Of a DNA stretch of 64,000 nucleotides, positions 27,098-41,301 are shown piece after piece. The notes under the pieces are model-generated. The model made no database searches and was not told the DNA's origin. It saw nothing but the letters and a program-made list of their open reading frames with translations. Source of the DNA: the human T2T-CHM13v2.0 reference genome, Homo sapiens. Position 1 is the stretch's first letter. The number at the start of each line of letters is the position of its first letter. Both the position numbers and the translations under genes were made by a program. The stretch lies in NCBI RefSeq assembly GCF_009914755.1, contig NC_060930.1. One strand, written 5' to 3'.

Positions 27098-28573
27098 CTT
27101 TACAGGCTATCCATTGCTGCACAAATTTTGTAGTAGCTTTATTCCGCACAAATTCTGCAACTTGTCTAAGCAATAGACTTTTTAAAATGAGAGGAAGCTT
27201 CTTTAATTCCCATGTGCCTTATTTAATGTTGGAAAAACTAAAAAAGAAAGAGAAGTTAAGTCAACTATCATTTCACAGAAGACACAGATCTATTTTCAAG
27301 GAAGTTAAAATCTACTCAGACAGTATACGAACATGCATACATCAGATAGCAGAAACATCACAACAGAACGACATGCCAGCAAGTAACACCTGAAGACAAT
27401 ACTCTCAGCATATTCAAATGCTGAGGCTCATTCACAAAGGAAAATGCAGGCTAGAATAATAGACCTCTTTGGTTCTGTACGTTTGTAAATAACATAATCA
27501 TTGTCTTATATATTATTACCAAGTAGCAGTCTTTCTCCATTCATTGACAAATCAATTGGAATGGCCTTCCCCTGTATGATTCATACATAAAATGAAATTT
27601 ACTAATAATGAGAAGTTTTGACATAGGTACTAATGGCTTGAGATGAATAAACCAGATTTTTATATATGAAAAACATATTGTCTCCTCCCATGGAAACCAG
27701 AGCTGTGAGGCAATAACATTGGAGGAACTATAAGCAAAATGCCAGAGCAAAGAAGTAATTCTATTACTTGAAGGTATCCTTGGATACAGTAGAATAGCAC
27801 CATATACTAACAGAATTTATTTTAAACCCACATACACATTTTTCCCATCCGACTGTTGGTAAAAGGTAATGAGTATGAAACGGTAATATCCCAAATTTAA
27901 CACTCCAAAAGAATCTGTTTGGGCTTTCTTTCCAAATCATCAAGTAAATGCCCTTAAAATTTGCCCTCTCCCTCCAAACAATTTAATGTCATCTAAGTTC
28001 AAAGTTGTCAGTCCCACACTTTCAAATTATAAATAGATAAAACTCAGTGTATGGAACTTCTGTTTAGAAAAGGATTCCATTTCAAAGCGGGCTCCTAAGA
28101 AAGAAATGGTAGGTAAGCACACCAGTCCGGGTGGAAGCCTTACTAGAGATTAGAATTTGGCCCACCTGCAAGAACAGATGGCTATTCTGGACAGCTGCAG
28201 GAAGATGGGGGAAATAGCTTGAGGGCTACTGATTGCTGTAATAATTAAAACCAACAACAATGACAAAGTGGCACTTGAAGTTTTATACCGTTACTTAAAT
28301 TTTTTTTCAGGGAAATTTAGGCTTATAAAGTTAGAGTGGCACATCAGCCCAGCAGTTTGTTAAGACTCTATTATCAATCTTTTATACTGGAATCTGTTAG
28401 CAGCCCTGCATTCTCTTTTTACACTGTAGAGAATAAACATTAATACCCAAAACGTGTGTTTGACTAACATATTTACAAGAATAAAGCAATGTATTGTACT
28501 AGATTCCAGATGTGAAAGATAAGTGTCACTCCTTCAGACAATTTCTCCCAATTTCTCCTAACTTGACAGTTTC

Positions 28574-29547
28574 ATATTGCATTTGCTACATTAGCAAATC
28601 TATTATATATTATGTAATACATCTATTATATATGTAATATGTAATACATATAATCTATTACATGTATTACATATTTTATAATACATATAATCGATTACAT
28701 GTATCATATATTTTATAATACATATAATCGATTATGTGTATCATATATTTTATAATACATATAATCGATTATGTGTATCATATATTTTATAATACATATA
28801 ATCGATTATGTGTATCATATATTTTATAATACATATAATCGATTATGTGTATCATATATTTTATAATACATATAATCGATTATGTGTATCATATATTTTA
28901 TAATACATATAATCGATTATGTGTATCATATATTTTATAATACATATAATCGATTATGTGTATCATATATTTTATAATACATATAATCGATTCATAATCG
29001 ATTATATGTATTATATATTTTATGAAATGTAATATATATTGCATATATTATATATTGTGTACTATATCTATTACATTTAATTATATATGTAACTATATAT
29101 TATACATTACATATATTATGTAATTATATATTATACATTACATATATTATGTAATATATTATATGTAATTATATTATATATAATATATTTAGATATCATA
29201 TATATTTTTATATAATATATAAATTATATATATTTATTTATATATAATATATAAATATCTATTATATGTATATATTGCATATAATAGATTATATGTATTA
29301 TATTATATAAAATGTAATATATTATACTTTACATATAATATAATATATATTGTGTACTATATTATATGTAATTATATATAATATGATATATAATTACATA
29401 TATTATATATTACATACAATATGTAATATATATTACATAATATATTATATATTATGTAATATATGTAATTATATGTAATATATAATTACATATAATAAAT
29501 ATATTACATAATATATAATAGATTTGCTAATGTAGCAAATGCAATAT
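28574..29547. repeat. AT-rich block bounded by a perfect 46-bp inverted repeat
   Basis: 28574-28619 is the exact reverse complement of 29502-29547. Confidence 0.95.
28668..29022. repeat. 37-bp minisatellite (~9.5 copies)
   Basis: Unit atatattttataatacatataatcgattatgtgtatc; ATCGAT at 28690, 28727, 28764, 28801, 28838, 28875, 28912, 28949, 28986 (plus 28997). Confidence 0.97.
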
Positions 29548-32319
29548 ATAAAAAAGGCAAGAACAGGTTCTGTTGCATTTTTTTTAATAAATTCCCTGTT
29601 CACAGCTCCAGAGTACACCACAAAATTTAATATAAAACCTCTTATAACAAAACTATATGTTAAAATAAACTACCAGTTATAGTAGTTTGTGTTACTTTAA
29701 TGTAAATCCTAGATACAAACCAAATCTTTTGTATCTGCCTTGTCCAATGTTCTTGACATTAACACATTAAGACTGTTTTTATTTCAAAATCTCAGATTCT
29801 TTTGGAAATTACAAATTAACTTCTTTAAATTACTAATGACTATTAACAATTACTATACAAAAAATAGCTTTTCTAAGATATTGCTTTCTGAAGAATCAAG
29901 GCATATCTGATAAAATATTACAAAATATTTCTAAAGACAGGACACGCAAATATCAAGTTATGAATTTTTTAAGAGATTTAATTGAGTTCTCAGAAAGAAA
30001 GAGGAAATAAAATAAGTTTAGAGAAGAGGTCAAATTCAATAGTAAATGTCATGCCAGGTTTAAAGTAAATGAAAAATACCAAAATCTTCACAATACCTCA
30101 CATCTACATTCATCTAACTACGCTTTTGCATATTGCACATTTTGAGGTCCCTGCTCCGTATGAATCTCTCGGACAGAGATTAGGATCCCCCAAGGAGTAA
30201 GACACACTTCTTTCTGTGGGAAAGCTCACATTCCAGTGAGCACTGATTCAAGGAATATTTGTAGTCCACAGGTCCCAAAAACACACTTATAAGCAAAATC
30301 TTTATTTAAATCTCATGCTTATTATTTTATGTAGCTTTGGTTCCATGTGGAGAAATGTTTATACTGCTGTAAACAAAGATCGTGTTAAGAGGATATGTGT
30401 GTGTTAGCAATTTTCTAATTAAATGTGCATGATTTACCTTTGCCCCTACCATTGGAAAGACCACCCAGTAAGCAGCCAAGCCAGCAAGAGGGCTGTAGGG
30501 GGTGTCCTTTCTTTCCTCTCTGCTACCCTTGTTGAGTATTTTACTCTTTTGTCTATCTCTCCCCCTCAGCCCAGCAGCCTTGAACTAAAACCTGCCTTGG
30601 CTCACTCTCTGTATTTCACCTCCTGCTCAACTCCCAGTCCCATCACCAGCAGCCTACAGGAGTGTCACCTGGAGCCTGGAGGTCCCTTTAACCAAGAATT
30701 CTAGGAACAGCCTAGAAACGGAGGGTAAAGTGCTGCTCTCACAATAGCAGAAAGAGCTGTGTTCCTCAACATCACAGCTTATCACTCAGAATGAAGTTTT
30801 CCAAAGAAACTGACAACCACATTTTAACTTCTTAACTATTACTAATACTTCAAGTACACTACAGGTCAACTCAGCTTTTGTGACTTAGCGAAAAATAATA
30901 AATATTAATATGAAAACTGTTTATACGTTTAGGATATTGTATATGCACATAGAGGAACAAAGAAAACTGGAGTCTACACAAGACACTTGTTCACCCAATA
31001 ATTTTTTGAGCACCTAATAACTTGAAGCTATATACATTTGCTATTACATAACAGTTAAATGCCTTTATTGCCTTTCTTTTTAAGGATTGCTTCTGAGAAT
31101 TAGAGCCTTTCATTCTACTCATCCTCCAAAATAATAAACACAGGGTAGGGAAAATTCACTGCACAAATCTTTCACTCACATGGATGACACTAAATCATAT
31201 CCCTCAGAATTCTCCTTTCCTTGAAGGTCCTAACCCTGTAAGAATTCATATAGCCAACCAATTCCATTACAAACTGCAAAGACCTCCCAAGGGGCTGAAA
31301 CACCTATCCAAGTCATCAATTCTCACATAACAAAAGTTAACTATGTCTATATCTGTGTCTATCTACCTATATGTGCTAGCACTTAGAATTCAAAAACAGC
31401 TTTTCAAAAATAGTTTCCTCCAGCAAGAGATTTATTACAGCCTATTTTACTTGGCCATGTGAATTTTGTTTTTGTTTTTGTTGTGGTTGCTTTTTTGTTC
31501 TTTAATAAGAAAATAAGTCTCTTGATAGCTACTATTGCTCCAGGAAAACCAAATCTCTTCTGAATGATTCCAGATATCCAATATGCTGCCATTTTTATAC
31601 TCCAAAAGAGAATTTGGATGGCTATGTATAACCCATGAATTCAAATTTTGTTTTCTATTGTGCTTCTAATTGCTTATTCAGTTAGGATGTGGGATGATGC
31701 ACATTAATGCTGTCAGGAGCATTTTAAGAAAATGCTGAGTGAAAGACATAAAAATCCTAATTTCATTAAAAATTAGCCAAAAGACACATTAGGGTTATGC
31801 TACCAACTAGTGAAGGTCTGAAACTGAGAAGAAAAAAAAAAGGAAACACTTTAAGGAATAATGTTACCAGTACCTTTTTCTTTTACTTGGTTCAAAATCC
31901 CTGCATAATTAATACAGTAATACTTCATAAATGCCTACGAACGTACCACCTCTTCTCTCTTGTAGTTTAATTAGGTGATTGACTTCAGGCATACTATAAA
32001 TTATAATGACATTTTAATTACTTTTTTAATGTGCACACTTAAAAGATTTATAAACAGGAATAGAACAGCCCAGTACATTGAAAAGAGGCACACCAAATGA
32101 AATGAAGCACACGACCTAGGATGATGGCAGGCAGACGATTTCTAGAAGATAGAGGTGAACCAGAAAGCGTTTCGCATGCTTCAGTAAACATCAGCTCTAC
32201 TGCCTTGGGACGAGTTATGAACAACCTATACAAGCTTTTTAATAATCTTAACTTACAAGGAAGGAGCTGGATCCCTCTGTCAGTTACACTTCTAGGCCAT
32301 CCCAAGACAGCCTCTTCTT

Positions 32320-32500
32320 ACAGTGAAAAAGCACAGACTTTTGAGGATCAGACCTTGGTTCGAATCCTTCCTTTACCACTGGCCAGCTGGATGACCTTGA
32401 CAAAATTAACCTCTCTAGGCTTTGAGTTCCTCATTTGTAAAATTTGTAAATGGAAGAAAATACCTGTTTTGGAGGGCTGTGGTGGAAATTAAATTAGGTA
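32320..32500 (+). mobile_element. MIR
   Basis: cagtgaaaaagcacagacttttgaggatcagaccttggttcgaatcc...tgaccttgacaaaattaacctctct. Confidence 0.8.
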
Positions 32501-32504
32501 AGCA

Positions 32505-32752
32505 GCATGCTGCACTGGTGAAGAGGCAAGCTCTAAATCAGACTTTCTGAATTCTAATCCTGGCTCTGCCTCTAATGCCCTCTAGAACCTTGGGCAAGTT
32601 ATTTAGTTTCCTGCCTCCTTTCCCTCAACTGTAAAATGAGGATAATATCAGCAACAGCCTTGAAAACTTGTTGAGAACCTAAATAAGTTAATACACAGAA
32701 AGCATTCCTACCTGGCACACAGTAAGTGCTCAATAGATGTTAGCTACTAATA
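32505..32752 (+). mobile_element. MIR, near full-length
   Basis: tctaatcctggctctgcc...ccttgggcaagttattta...cctggcacacagtaagtgctcaatagatgttagct. Confidence 0.85.
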
Positions 32753-35397
32753 AATCACTGAGCATAATCATTGATGCTCAATAATACTTGGCCATACTTA
32801 ATTTTTCTTCCTTTTCTACAACCCTTATTTCCCATTAGTAGACAGTTCCTGAAATTCCACATCTGCTGTGAAATTTTCTTGTAGCGTTAGGTCAGTGCTA
32901 ACTCCTAACTCCTTTATTACCTCTTTCTCCCATGTATGTAGATCCATGTCAAAGTGCCTACCTTTAATTTTAAGTTTCTATACCATGAGCATTTAGTCTG
33001 GGAGATTCTCTTTATAAGGCAGAATAGTAATTCCAAAAGAAATAGGTACTTTGATGCTAAGGACAACGAGGAGAATTACTGGGAAAAGGATAAATATATA
33101 AAGCTGTGGAAAGGGCTTTCTCTTTATCTTTGAGGTCGGTCTCTCCCTTAGTTGATCTGACCACATCAGGATTTCATTTTACTCTAATGGGGTGAAAGTG
33201 CAATGAGCCTCAGGCCAATGTGGCTACTTACCCCTTTCTAACTGCTAAAATACAATTTCCCTTTGCCATTAACTATCTTTATAAAAAGCGAAAAAGAAAA
33301 TAAAAATTAAGCTATAATCTTCCAGTGGGAATTTTCAGTCCTCCCTGTGGTAAACTGGTGAACAGGAGAAGTTGACAAAGGGTAAGGATCCAGAGGGTTA
33401 TAAGAAATCTTAGGTAGAGAGGTACTGACTCCAGTATTTCCAACCTGCTCTGGGTAAGTATGGTGGTAGAATTCTTGTAATAAATAATTGGACGTGTGTG
33501 TTAGTGTGAATATTTCTTTTAATCCAAATACACTTATTAGGAAGCATCACTGTCTATATCAGAAAACAAGGATTTTACTCTTTTGCTATTAGGTATTTCA
33601 TAGTCTTTTTTTTTCTTTGCATGCTATTAAGTATCAAGTTTTGTGTTAATAACTTTACAGGAAGGCTGTGGCCAAACCTGGTGAAGACTACACATCAGTG
33701 GTCTTTCTTATTATACAAGCCAGGCAATCATATATATACTCAACCAGATTGTATTAACTATCAGTGGTATTTATCATCATGGCATCTAATCTACTATACA
33801 TTTGGTCAAAGATAAAAAAGTATCTGGCTTGAAGTGCCTTCTACAAGCCAGTTGTTATCGTTACAGATTGATTGCAACAGATATGCTTTTGGTACACAGA
33901 ATCTGAACACATTATCTCTGACTCTTCCTCCACCCACTTCAGTGACAGCTTTGGTCAGCAACAGCTGCAGCTGATATATTACTCTACTTGTTTAAGAAAG
34001 TGACATAAATACAGAGACGAGATGACATAAAGCTGTGAATGTTGGACATGGCTCTTATAAAGTTTTCCTGAGCCAATCAAAAAAACAGGATATGTGCTAA
34101 AAGAATTTGTGTATGCTGCCAGTTACTTAGAAAACATGTGGACAAATATATGCTTTCAGTAACTAACGCATTAATAAAGGTGGATTCGCATGCAAGACTT
34201 GGTTGCTATCCTAGTGGTTTTAAGGCAATAACAATTCCAATAGGATCCCATATGAATTTCTTGAAACGTTGTGCTAGAATAGGTCATTTATTTTTGCACA
34301 GGTTCCTATTCTTGCAAATAAAAATAAATTTCCAACAGTCTCACGGTCATCCATTGAATAACATGACTTCAAGTCCTATATACTGTCATTTTATACCTCT
34401 AATCTGGCATAGATTAGAAACAGAAAGGAAAATTATGCATATAATCTTAAAACTAGAAAGATCACATTGCAAGACAGCTGTGTCAGTAATTTCCGCTTTC
34501 AGGAGTTACACAATGCTTAAACAATAGTTATCCTACCGGGCTACAGTTCACTTAACCTCACAGTCCAGCTGATGATTGATGAAGGGTCAAGAGGGTAGCA
34601 GACTTTGGGTGCACAACACTTCAATCCTTTATCAAAAATGGCAAGAGGCCACATACTACAATAACGGAACAAATACTTCCTTTTACCGTACAGTAAATTC
34701 CTTCCTCTGATTGGCTAAAGCTTCAGTGCATGGTTCACAAGAACAAAAATACATTCTATCATGAGCAAAACACATTTTAAAGAGCAATCACTTAAATCTC
34801 GGGCCAAGTGAAATGTCTATATCCCTATAATAATTAATAACCAAGTATGTCTATTTGTCTCCTTATGCTAAAATGTCCATGAAAGAGTTGATAAGTGGAC
34901 TTCTGAAATCTAACTCTTCAGCTCATGTTGCACAAATCCTTATTCATCAAGACACACACCCAACTATAAAGGCAATTAAACTTTTCAGTATGTGCATGAG
35001 GAATACCCAGAATGATCTAATTCAATATAGGGCAAACTACAATACTACTTCCATCTTTGAAAGTTTTTAAAAAGCCCTATCCAGATCATTATTATAAATT
35101 AATTCAGAATCAGGGGATATATCTATTTTGAAAGAAAATAAGGGGATAAAACATTATTTCAAATGTGTGAAATTCTGGTTAATTGGATTATATTATGGTA
35201 AATAAGGGTTAATCAGAAAACACTTATCCTAACCCATGTTGTTGAAAAATCTTATTTTTCATAATTGATAAGTATTGCCTCTGTAAGTATAGCATTTTCT
35301 CCTTTTTAGTGTAAGTCTGAACATCGATTCAAATTTGTAGAATAATGTAGATTTAGGTTAGGTAGAAGATTTAAATATAATGTTGAAAATCCTAGAT

Positions 35398-35618
35398 CAG
35401 TGGTTCTCGGCCAAGGGTGATTTTGCCCCCTAGGGGATATTTGGCAATGTCTGGAGACATTTTTTATTGTCACAACTGGGGAGAAGGAAAACTACTGGTA
35501 TCTATTGGGTAGCTGGCCAGGAATGCTGCTAAACATTCTACATTGCACATGACAGCCCCTCCACAACAAAGAATTATCTGGAACCAAATGTCAACAATGC
35601 CAAGGTTGAGAAATCCTG
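35398..35618. mobile_element. MER20, full-length
   Basis: cagtggttctc...gagaaatcctg; 8-bp TSD tcctagat/gcctagat. Confidence 0.93.
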
Positions 35619-36674
35619 GCCTAGATGTTGCTTTAAAAAATAAATTACTGATAGTATGTCATGCTTTCTTCTAGCTACCTACCTCTTCCCTGAAAAATGA
35701 AGTGCATGTAGCCAAAAAAAAGTATATTATAGCTAATCAAAATTTTATTCCATAAAAACAAATTCATTTGATAAATATATATAGTATCAACTATGTACAA
35801 ATTTCTGACTCAGAATAAAAAAATTATTTCATAAAAATAATGTGTTCAAATGTAATACCCAAATCAATGCAGTCTTTACACATTAATGTGTGTGAAATAA
35901 CTAATTTTAAAATTTGTTTTCAGTATTTTAAAAATTCTGAAGTACTATACTGAATTTTCTCTGATCACTTTCCCACGTCTTAACTCACTTGATTTTTAGC
36001 ATGACAAATAGGGCACTCCAACTTTTAAAGCTATTTATAATCTCAGAACCCAAAGAAATAAATGTAAAAGTGTATCGCCACTTTTAAAATTTAAAATGTA
36101 TTAAAAATGTATACTGAATCACAGATTAACCAGTTAAATCAAACTAAGAGTTACGTTATATATACATTAATTATTTTACTCTACTCTCCAACTTCATTTT
36201 ATTAACACAGTGACCCAAAAAGGCTTGGGTTGAAAGGGTATTAATACTATTAATCTTGTAAAACACACACATGTTCAACCATTAGATAGGTGTTCATTAC
36301 CTTCCTTCTTAGCAAAAAGAGAAGACTGACCCTTAATTTCTCCCACAGAACACTGATCCAAAGTGGCCCTTCACAGAGATTGAAATGCAAGCTTCACTCA
36401 GAGGCCACAAAGAGACAGGGGACTCTTAAAACCATCTGGCAGCCGTGACCACTGAAGGGCTGCGCATTCATGTTCTACATATCACAGACAGAAGGTCCTG
36501 GATCCCCACCAAGACCCACCTGGGTCTGCAGCAGCCCACACCCTGCCAATCCTTTGGGGTTCAGCACCAAAGGTTATTATTGACTTGAACATTTTTATAC
36601 AGCAGAGAAGGACCCATGGGTTGGAATGAAGAAATATGTCCAGAATCCAGGAGGTCTGCTTCCTCACCGCACTC

Positions 36675-36800
36675 TCACTGACCACATGCCTGTGAGCCAG
36701 TCCTTGAGTGTCTCTGAGGCTCAGTATACATATCTGTAAAACAGGTGTTGTTGGGAGGATTAAATGAAATCAATGTACATGAAAGAACTTTATAAACTGC
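36675..36800 (+). mobile_element. MIR fragment
   Basis: tctctgaggctcagtatacatatctgtaaaacagg...gttgggaggattaaatgaaat. Confidence 0.7.
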
Positions 36801-37029
36801 CAGGCCCCATAAAGCGCATGAATTTGTTTTTTGCGGAATGTACAATAGGGCCTCTCCTTCTTCTTTCTCTGACGTCCCATGAGCATCCTCCTGCCCCCTT
36901 TTATTTACTCTCAAGAGACAGGTCATCAAACTGAACCAAATCCCATCAGATAGAATCCACAACAGTCTGAGAGATGCGAATGATACATTCCATCACTTTA
37001 ACATGGAACTCTATTTCTTCCTGTAATCT

Positions 37030-37236
37030 GTATTGAGTGGCAAGTGCTCTGGGTGCATTACTTCAGTTAGGCTTCACAACAACCCTACCATATAATAATC
37101 ATCCCTGTTCTACCAGCAGAAAAGTGAAGCACAAAAAGATTTAAAACTCACCTGATTTTCACAAAGCTAGAATTGAGGGAACCAGGACAGGAGGCAAGCC
37201 CATTTAATTCCAGAGCCCACACTCTTAACCCCTACC
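37030..37236 (-). mobile_element. MIR
   Basis: cttcacaacaaccctac...aaaagtgaagcacaaaaagattt...ccagagcccacactcttaacc. Confidence 0.75.
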
Positions 37237-40200
37237 ACAAACAACCTCCCATTTTAAAAATAGAGTTGTTTCTAAAACCAAATACCAATTTTTGTAAAGT
37301 GAGCCTCACAGTGTGCTGAGAGCCAAGCAATGTACAATTACCATACCATATAGATATACTGAATCTTTTCACTTTGTACACCTACTCTTCCCAACTTTCT
37401 CTTGGTCAGGACACTGAAAGCGGGACCAGTGAAACCGACATTTTGCCTAAAACATGGTTCTACCAGTGATTTTCTTAAGTTCAAGAAGAAAGTCGCTTCT
37501 CCACTGAGATATTTACAATCATCTCTGACATTGCAGAAGTGAATTACTGGTATGTTTGATGAGATGATGCAATCAATGAATATGTGAAAATAATGGTGAT
37601 AATAATACATGCTTATTCATAACACTTCCAGGTTACAGAATGCTTCCATTATACATTATCTCACAAGACTGGATCATCCAGCCATGAGGGGAAGAAAAGA
37701 TGTGCAAATATTGGAAGGAAAAAGGTAAGCCAAGCGTCAGAGTAACCAAGGAGAGAACTAGTGCCCAGGGTTCTTGCTTATTCATTCTACAATGAAAACT
37801 GAAATTTTGGAACTTCTGAAGGACTAGAAAAGAACACATATCTTGTGATTCCAAAATAATTTTGAAATATTTTCCTTTTATGCAAGACCATAAAACAAAA
37901 CAAAACAAAAACCTTATTAAAATAATTCTATCTGCATTTTTATATTATAAATATAATCCTAGAAATACAAAATTTACCTTATGGAGTACATTGTGTGAAT
38001 AGATCAGAAGTAAAAAAAAAAAATCACAAAAATACATAAGTAGAAAAGTACAATGTTTGCATTAATACCCTATTTGGCCCCCATCCATTTTTATCTCTCC
38101 TCTCCCTAATTACTACTAGCCACTGCAGGCAGTTATAATGACTTAGTTTGCCTATCCCCTCCAGGCTTAATACAGGACTTTATAAGGGACTCAACTAAGG
38201 CATGAAATGGTTAATTGATGGAAATTAGGTACTATAAAATAAATGGCACACAGACAAGCCACCCTAAATTCAGCTGAAATGCAACTTTGAGCAAAAGCAA
38301 ACCACAAATTTAATAGCACTACAACAAAAAATGTTCCTTTTGAACTTGACAGTTCCCAGTCATTCAGCCCAGAGTAACACACAGGGAACAGTCCTCAGAA
38401 AGTTCTGTGGTGTCTTCTGAATCACTGCCATTACCCGAGAAAACCCCAGGAAGTGGTTTGACTGAGTAGCTGGACCAGTGCGTAGGTATCAGCTGATGTC
38501 TCTCACACATACAAGTCAGTAACAATGGGGACACTGTGAAACCAGGAATAACCTTCCTTATCTTTAGTAGTTGGGGAAATCATTTCTAACTCAGTGAGTA
38601 TATAACTTGGGAACAGGTCAAATGGTTAATTATTCACTGAGAGCTTAGTAATTAATCTGCGTTAGATCAAATATCATCAGACCTGAATAACATAAGGATG
38701 TCCGATGTCTGGAACAATGAGTCTTTGGAATCGCTTCCATAAAGCAGCAATCTTTCCTAAACAGTTATGTCCAACAAAGAACAAAGCCTAAATGCAGGCA
38801 GCTGTTGGCAAAAACTAATCAAAATGGACCGTGATTTCATAAAACCTTTCAAAGTCAGTTTATTTTAAAATATAAGTTGATGCCATCTTTTTCTGCTCCA
38901 GCAAATGGTTGGAGCAAACCATACTATTAGGTGAAACTCCAGCTGCTGATAAATCTGGGCGGTGGCAAGCCAGTGAGCTCACCCGGAAGAAAACCATGCA
39001 GTCACAGAGTCCATCCTCACATGTCTTTATCTAACAACCAAAGGAAACCAAAGGAAAAGGTCCAAGACATCCTGCCAAACCAAAACTAAGAGAGATACTG
39101 TGATTTATCTAAACCCAGAGATATGAACTAACTAGCTACCTCTTTTCTGTAACAGAAGTTAGCCCTTTAATGGCCACGATTGAGGGTCATAAAAGGAAGT
39201 TATGATTTCATGCAGTATTGGGTTTTTCACAGTTCATAAATTTCCCACTGGATGCTTTTCAGTGTATTATCCCAATGGTTAGCACCTTTTTGACTGATTT
39301 GACTATTGTTTTTCTACATTCCCAGCATCTACAATCCCAACTTCTGGAAGTTTTAATTATCCAAAGGATCTAACAAGGTCACAAGGGCAACCATAAGACA
39401 CAACTTTTACCCATAACAGCAATATTCCCCTCACAAGAAGAATCTGCAATTCCAATTCTAAAGCATTACACAGCAACCCTTTTTTACAGACACCACACAG
39501 CTTTGACCCCAGCAAGAGCCCACTGCACAGAAACATAGAACAGACTCACCTGCCTTCAACACTCAGCAGTATATGTACCAAGAGCTCTCCAGCTCTCCTG
39601 TGCGAAGCCACAGCCACCTTTTGGGAAATCCTTTATATCTACTCACTAGAAAAAAAATGGCTGTGTGCCCCCAATCCAAACAAGACATTTAAAGAAGCAG
39701 ACTTTTTTCTTATCTCTACTTTCCCAAAAGAAGTGGATACCTTAAAAACAAGCTGTATATTCAAAACAGCAAATTCTGGGATGGACTGAGAATTAATCCA
39801 ATCACCACCATTATTTTGAACACCAATACTATTGACTAGTAAATGAGGTACACCATGATTTACCACAGGCTTACATATACGAAGTGTCTTTTATGTTATT
39901 AAAACTTAAAAAATCATTGTAAGTATAATTGACTACATTATTTGAAAACAATTAATCCATGAATGGAATATATGATTATTCTCAATTTTGAGCACACATT
40001 TTCCAGCCACTCTGGATTGAGAGAAATACACCATTTGCGTATACTGAATCTGGCATGATCATATAGCGCTAGGTTCATATATTGCATGAAAAAACAAGCC
40101 TTCTCCCCATTACCTCTTCCTATCCTGGCCCATGGGAATTTTAAGAACAGCCTCCAACAGAATAATAAATTAACATATTCATAAAAAGAATAGATGAGGT

Positions 40201-40969
40201 GTTCCCTAGCTCCTGAATTTTTTTAAGTTGACCAATAATTTTTCAAATTATCTAAGGAATGAGCAACATCCTTCTAAAATACTGAGTTTTCTGGGATCTG
40301 ACCAACATCAAAAGAAACACACAGTTGCACCAATCCCTGAGCAGTTAGCATGACTTCGGTCTGAAATGGGAGGACACACCATACTTAAATTGACCCACTG
40401 CAAATGGTTCCCCTCCACTCAGCCATTTGCTATTAAAAGAACCAAGCTGTTCTGAAGATAAGCAGGAAGAGGATATTCAAAACGTGTAGGCGGGATATTT
40501 TCACAGAGCTTCTCTAAATTCCAAATACCTGAACAAACTGAACCAAATTAAAAACTCAAGTTTTTAACCTGAGTTAATAAAAAACAATGTTCACTTCCTT
40601 TTTCAACTACTCATGAATATATAAAAACTTAAATGAAATAAAAATCTATAACAAAACTTTTGGTAAGGTTGCTTACAAATGTTTTCAAAACACCATGATA
40701 CCAGAAGTTTAAATTTCCATTTTTAGATTTTTTTTTCTCCAGCTCAGGCTTAACAAAGATATACCTGTTTAGTTGCTTTTTTAAAAAATCTATTTTTATC
40801 CCATATAAATTAGTAAGCAGACCAAGCATGATTATTGTTTTGAAATCAGTGTTTTCGGTAGACAGCACACCCTTATTGAATTATAAGGCATGTACTGAGT
40901 ATATCCTATATGCTATCACCAAGGAGGTTCAAAAGAGTTATGACTATAAACCATAGCCCTATGCCTAAG

Positions 40970-41245
40970 GACTAACAACTAGGACAGGAAAGACATGTAT
41001 ATATAAAACAATTATACTCTTCTATGAGGGGTAGAGTCAAAAGAGAAGAAGGAAAATTATTGACAAATGCAGCCAGCAAGGACCAAAAAGAAGGACACTC
41101 AGGAGGGAAGAGAATGAGCAAAGGCCTGAAGATCTGAATAAACATGGTCCATTTATAGGACCTTAAGGAGGTCAACTGGACTGGATCAGAGGGCTTAGAG
41201 ACACGATAAGAATTAAAACTGGCTAGGTAGGGCAGGGTCAGAGGT
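40970..41245 (-). mobile_element. L2 fragment (outer element)
   Basis: atgagcaaaggcctgaag...ggaggtcaactggactggatcagaggg; appears to resume at ~42750. Confidence 0.55.
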
Positions 41246-41301
41246 CCCCTGTCCTGACACCTTTGGTTTACAGATAAGGAAGCTAGGCTCAAAGTGGTGA
41301 A

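Noticed and set aside
26977-27393. Longest ORF (138 aa)
   Set aside because: Starts inside MER1A and runs into AT-rich flank; no homology recognised
28668-29022. CRISPR-like array (37-bp palindromic repeats)
   Set aside because: Units are head-to-tail with no unique spacers, no cas genes are present, and the context is eukaryotic; this is a minisatellite
32121-32492. 123-aa ORF
   Set aside because: Second half is MIR-derived; no coding features
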